Assembly: GCA_965238275.1 (NCBI GenBank)
Contig: OZ250186.1
Span: 1,568,001 to 1,632,000 of the forward strand
Direction: 5' to 3'
From: Nitrosopumilus sp.
Lineage (GTDB): Archaea > Thermoproteota > Nitrososphaeria > Nitrososphaerales > Nitrosopumilaceae
DNA length: 64,000 nucleotides
The position numbers and the translations under genes are program-made. How positions within the stretch are numbered: the first letter of the stretch is position 1; the number at the start of each line of letters is the position of its first letter. Positions 61,828-64,000 of the stretch are shown one piece after another. The notes under the pieces are model-generated. The model was not told the DNA's origin. It saw nothing but the letters and a program-made list of their open reading frames with translations, and did not search any database.

Positions 61828-63243
61828 ATGTACTCCGGATTGAATTATTTGGCTGTGTCTTTGATTATAATAGCATCGCTTGCAGCGTCGCAGTCATACG
61901 CTGCATTTGATTCCCCCCTAAAACAGGTGCAGGCAGGCGTGCCATCAGATGAGATACGGTGCAACGACGGCCGGGTTCTGGTAATCCTCCAAAGCGGCAA
62001 TCCCGCATGCATATTCGAGTCGACTGCACAGAGGCTGGGATTGGATCCAATAGAACCCAGCGCCAACAATATCCTTGCCGATGTTGCCGTCATACATGCA
62101 ACTGATGCAGACCCGATAACCCCGCCTGAAATTGCAACTGCGAACAACAATTTTGCAGTGGATTTTTACAGTCAACTCTCAGACGGTGACAAAAACATAT
62201 TCTTCTCGCCCGTCAGCATGTATGTCGCGTTTTCAATGCTGTACGAGGGTGCCCAAAACAACACCGCAGAGGAGATGCAGCAGACCTTTGGCTTTGAGCC
62301 TGACCATACCCCACGTCACAACTCCACTGCCCAACTCATATCCTCCATAAACCGCGACGACCCTGATGCCACACTCGAGATGGCAAACTCGTTGTGGCTT
62401 GCCGACTGGTTTGTTCCCCACTGGGCATACACTGGTGTTATACGCAACACGTATCTTGCAGAAATGGAGGCTGTTGACTTTTTAGATACTAGTGATGCAG
62501 GCGGGGTACCGCGAATAAACGCATGGGCCAATGAAAAGACAGACGGCAAAATACCAGAGGTTCTGAAGTTTGATGATGTAGATGAATCCACCGCGACTGC
62601 ACTTCTAAACACCATATACTTCAAGGGCACCTGGAGGACCCAATTCTCCGAAAAAAACACATCTGAATCGAGCTTTTGGACGACTCCCACACAGAGCGTC
62701 AAGGCGGATTTCATGCGCATGGAAGAAACCTTCGAGACAGCACAATCAGACGATCTCCAAATCCTGAAACTTCCGTACCTGGGCGACAGGCTGTCCATGC
62801 TGATAATACTGCCGTCTGACAGGGACGGCATACAGAAGATAGAAGAGACGCTCTCATATGAACAGATGGAGCAGTGGAAACAGAATCTGAGGTTTGAGAA
62901 AGGCGAAATAATAATACCAAAATTTGAAATTAGCACGCACTATGACCTCATACCGCATCTGAGGAACCTCGGTATGGCAGATGCCTTTGATGGGAATGAT
63001 GCGGATTTCTCAGGAATACAGGACTCGTCTCCTCGGAACCTGTTTGTGGCAGTGGCGCTTCAGGACGCATATGTAAATGTAAATGAGAGCGGGACAGAGG
63101 CAGCTGCTGTAACTACCACGGGTCTTGTTTTGACGAGTGGGTCAACATTTGACTTTATTGCAGATCACCCATTCCTGTTTGTAATACAGGATGACGAGAG
63201 CGGGATGGTTCTATTCCTTGGAAGGGTCTCTGATCCATCATAA
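61828..63243 (+). CDS. Secreted serpin (serine protease inhibitor)
   Basis: Signal peptide, SPLKQ..C..PAC module, NIFFSPVS, NTIYFKGTW, ESGTEAAA hinge, ADHPFLF. Confidence 0.95.
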   Translation: MYSGLNYLAVSLIIIASLAASQSYAAFDSPLKQVQAGVPSDEIRCNDGRVLVILQSGNPACIFESTAQRLGLDPIEPSANNILADVAVIHATDADPITPPEIATANNNFAVDFYSQLSDGDKNIFFSPVSMYVAFSMLYEGAQNNTAEEMQQTFGFEPDHTPRHNSTAQLISSINRDDPDATLEMANSLWLADWFVPHWAYTGVIRNTYLAEMEAVDFLDTSDAGGVPRINAWANEKTDGKIPEVLKFDDVDESTATALLNTIYFKGTWRTQFSEKNTSESSFWTTPTQSVKADFMRMEETFETAQSDDLQILKLPYLGDRLSMLIILPSDRDGIQKIEETLSYEQMEQWKQNLRFEKGEIIIPKFEISTHYDLIPHLRNLGMADAFDGNDADFSGIQDSSPRNLFVAVALQDAYVNVNESGTEAAAVTTTGLVLTSGSTFDFIADHPFLFVIQDDESGMVLFLGRVSDPS

Positions 63244-63484
63244 GGCCGCGCAGGGGCCATGATGATGTACGGTTCAGGCTGGTTCTGGCATGCTGCATGT
63301 GTCTGTCATTAAGATGAATAGTACGCCAGGGGTGACTGCCATACTGGGGGGATGCCGTTCCACCAAAATCTTTCTGGTGCTTGATGCCAATGATCTTTAA
63401 TCTTATTGACACTTTTGTGCCGAAGGTGCAGACGACACCTGCGTTTTGGGAAACTATTAATTAATCGCAGCCAAGATGCTCTTC

Positions 63485-64000
63485 ATGCAAAAGGCCACCA
63501 TAGCCGAGCAATCGACCAAAATATTTGCCGACGTCCGCGAAGTCGAGATTACCCGCGCGATTGCAAACGAGTTTCACAGCGTTCTTATCGACAGGGCCGA
63601 TTCTGACGTAATCATTATTGGCGCAGGGCCGGCAGGCCTGACTGCAAGCAGGGATCTTTCAAACATCGGATTCAAGGTGCTGGTAATCGAGCAGAACAAC
63701 TATCTTGGGGGCGGCTACTGGCTTGGGGGATACATGATGAACCCTGTAACCGTCAGGGAACCCGCACAGAAGATCTGGGACGAGCTGGGTGTGCCATACA
63801 AGAAGGTCTCGGAGGGACTCTACATAACCCCCGGACCGCATGCAGTCTCAAAACTGATAGCAGGAGCCTGTGATGCAGGTGTCAAGTTTCTCAATCTTAC
63901 AAAGTTTGACGACCTTGTAATGAAGAACAACCGCGTTGCCGGAATAGTTGTAAACTGGATGCCCGTCTCCGCACTGCCACGAAACATCACCTGCGTCGAT
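63485..64000 (+). CDS. thi4: Thiazole synthase Thi4 (runs off the window end)
   Basis: Own translation: EITRAI, SDVIIIGAGPAGL, LGGGYWLGG, GIVVNW...ITCVD. Confidence 0.92.
   Translation, partial: MQKATIAEQSTKIFADVREVEITRAIANEFHSVLIDRADSDVIIIGAGPAGLTASRDLSNIGFKVLVIEQNNYLGGGYWLGGYMMNPVTVREPAQKIWDELGVPYKKVSEGLYITPGPHAVSKLIAGACDAGVKFLNLTKFDDLVMKNNRVAGIVVNWMPVSALPRNITCVD

Noticed and set aside
1-64000. tRNA, rRNA and cas genes
   Set aside because: None recognised by eye; a covariance-model or HMM search would be needed to exclude them

Overview
Archaeal chromosome segment from a Nitrosopumilaceae-like thaumarchaeote (TFB, aIF1/SUI1, F420 cofC/D/E, thaumarchaeosortase, Alba, SMC, Dys, Ino1, EgtB/D, Thi4). 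It is visibly less AT-rich than free-living Nitrosopumilus. It is also IS-dense (IS66 remnant, two IS481, two DDE_Tnp_4 IS5-like, ISH3-like, IS903-like IS5, a tnpB pseudogene, a MITE) and carries serpin and TPR genes, which suggests a host-associated (e.g. sponge) symbiont; this is inference. The most notable observation is inside the IS at 32953-34727: two identical 36-bp repeats enclose a 37-nt spacer that matches the IS481 transposase 30 kb away (33/37, antisense), forming a cas-less mini-CRISPR-like unit. Other highlights: three mosaic surface-protein paralogs (two with a metallothionein-like tail), an Alba with a ~450-aa repeat tail broken by a 2-nt deletion, locally templated insertions in two genes, a decayed MoaD-MoeB fusion, and several IS insertions with readable TIRs/TSDs. 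All alignments were done by eye; no database searches were run.
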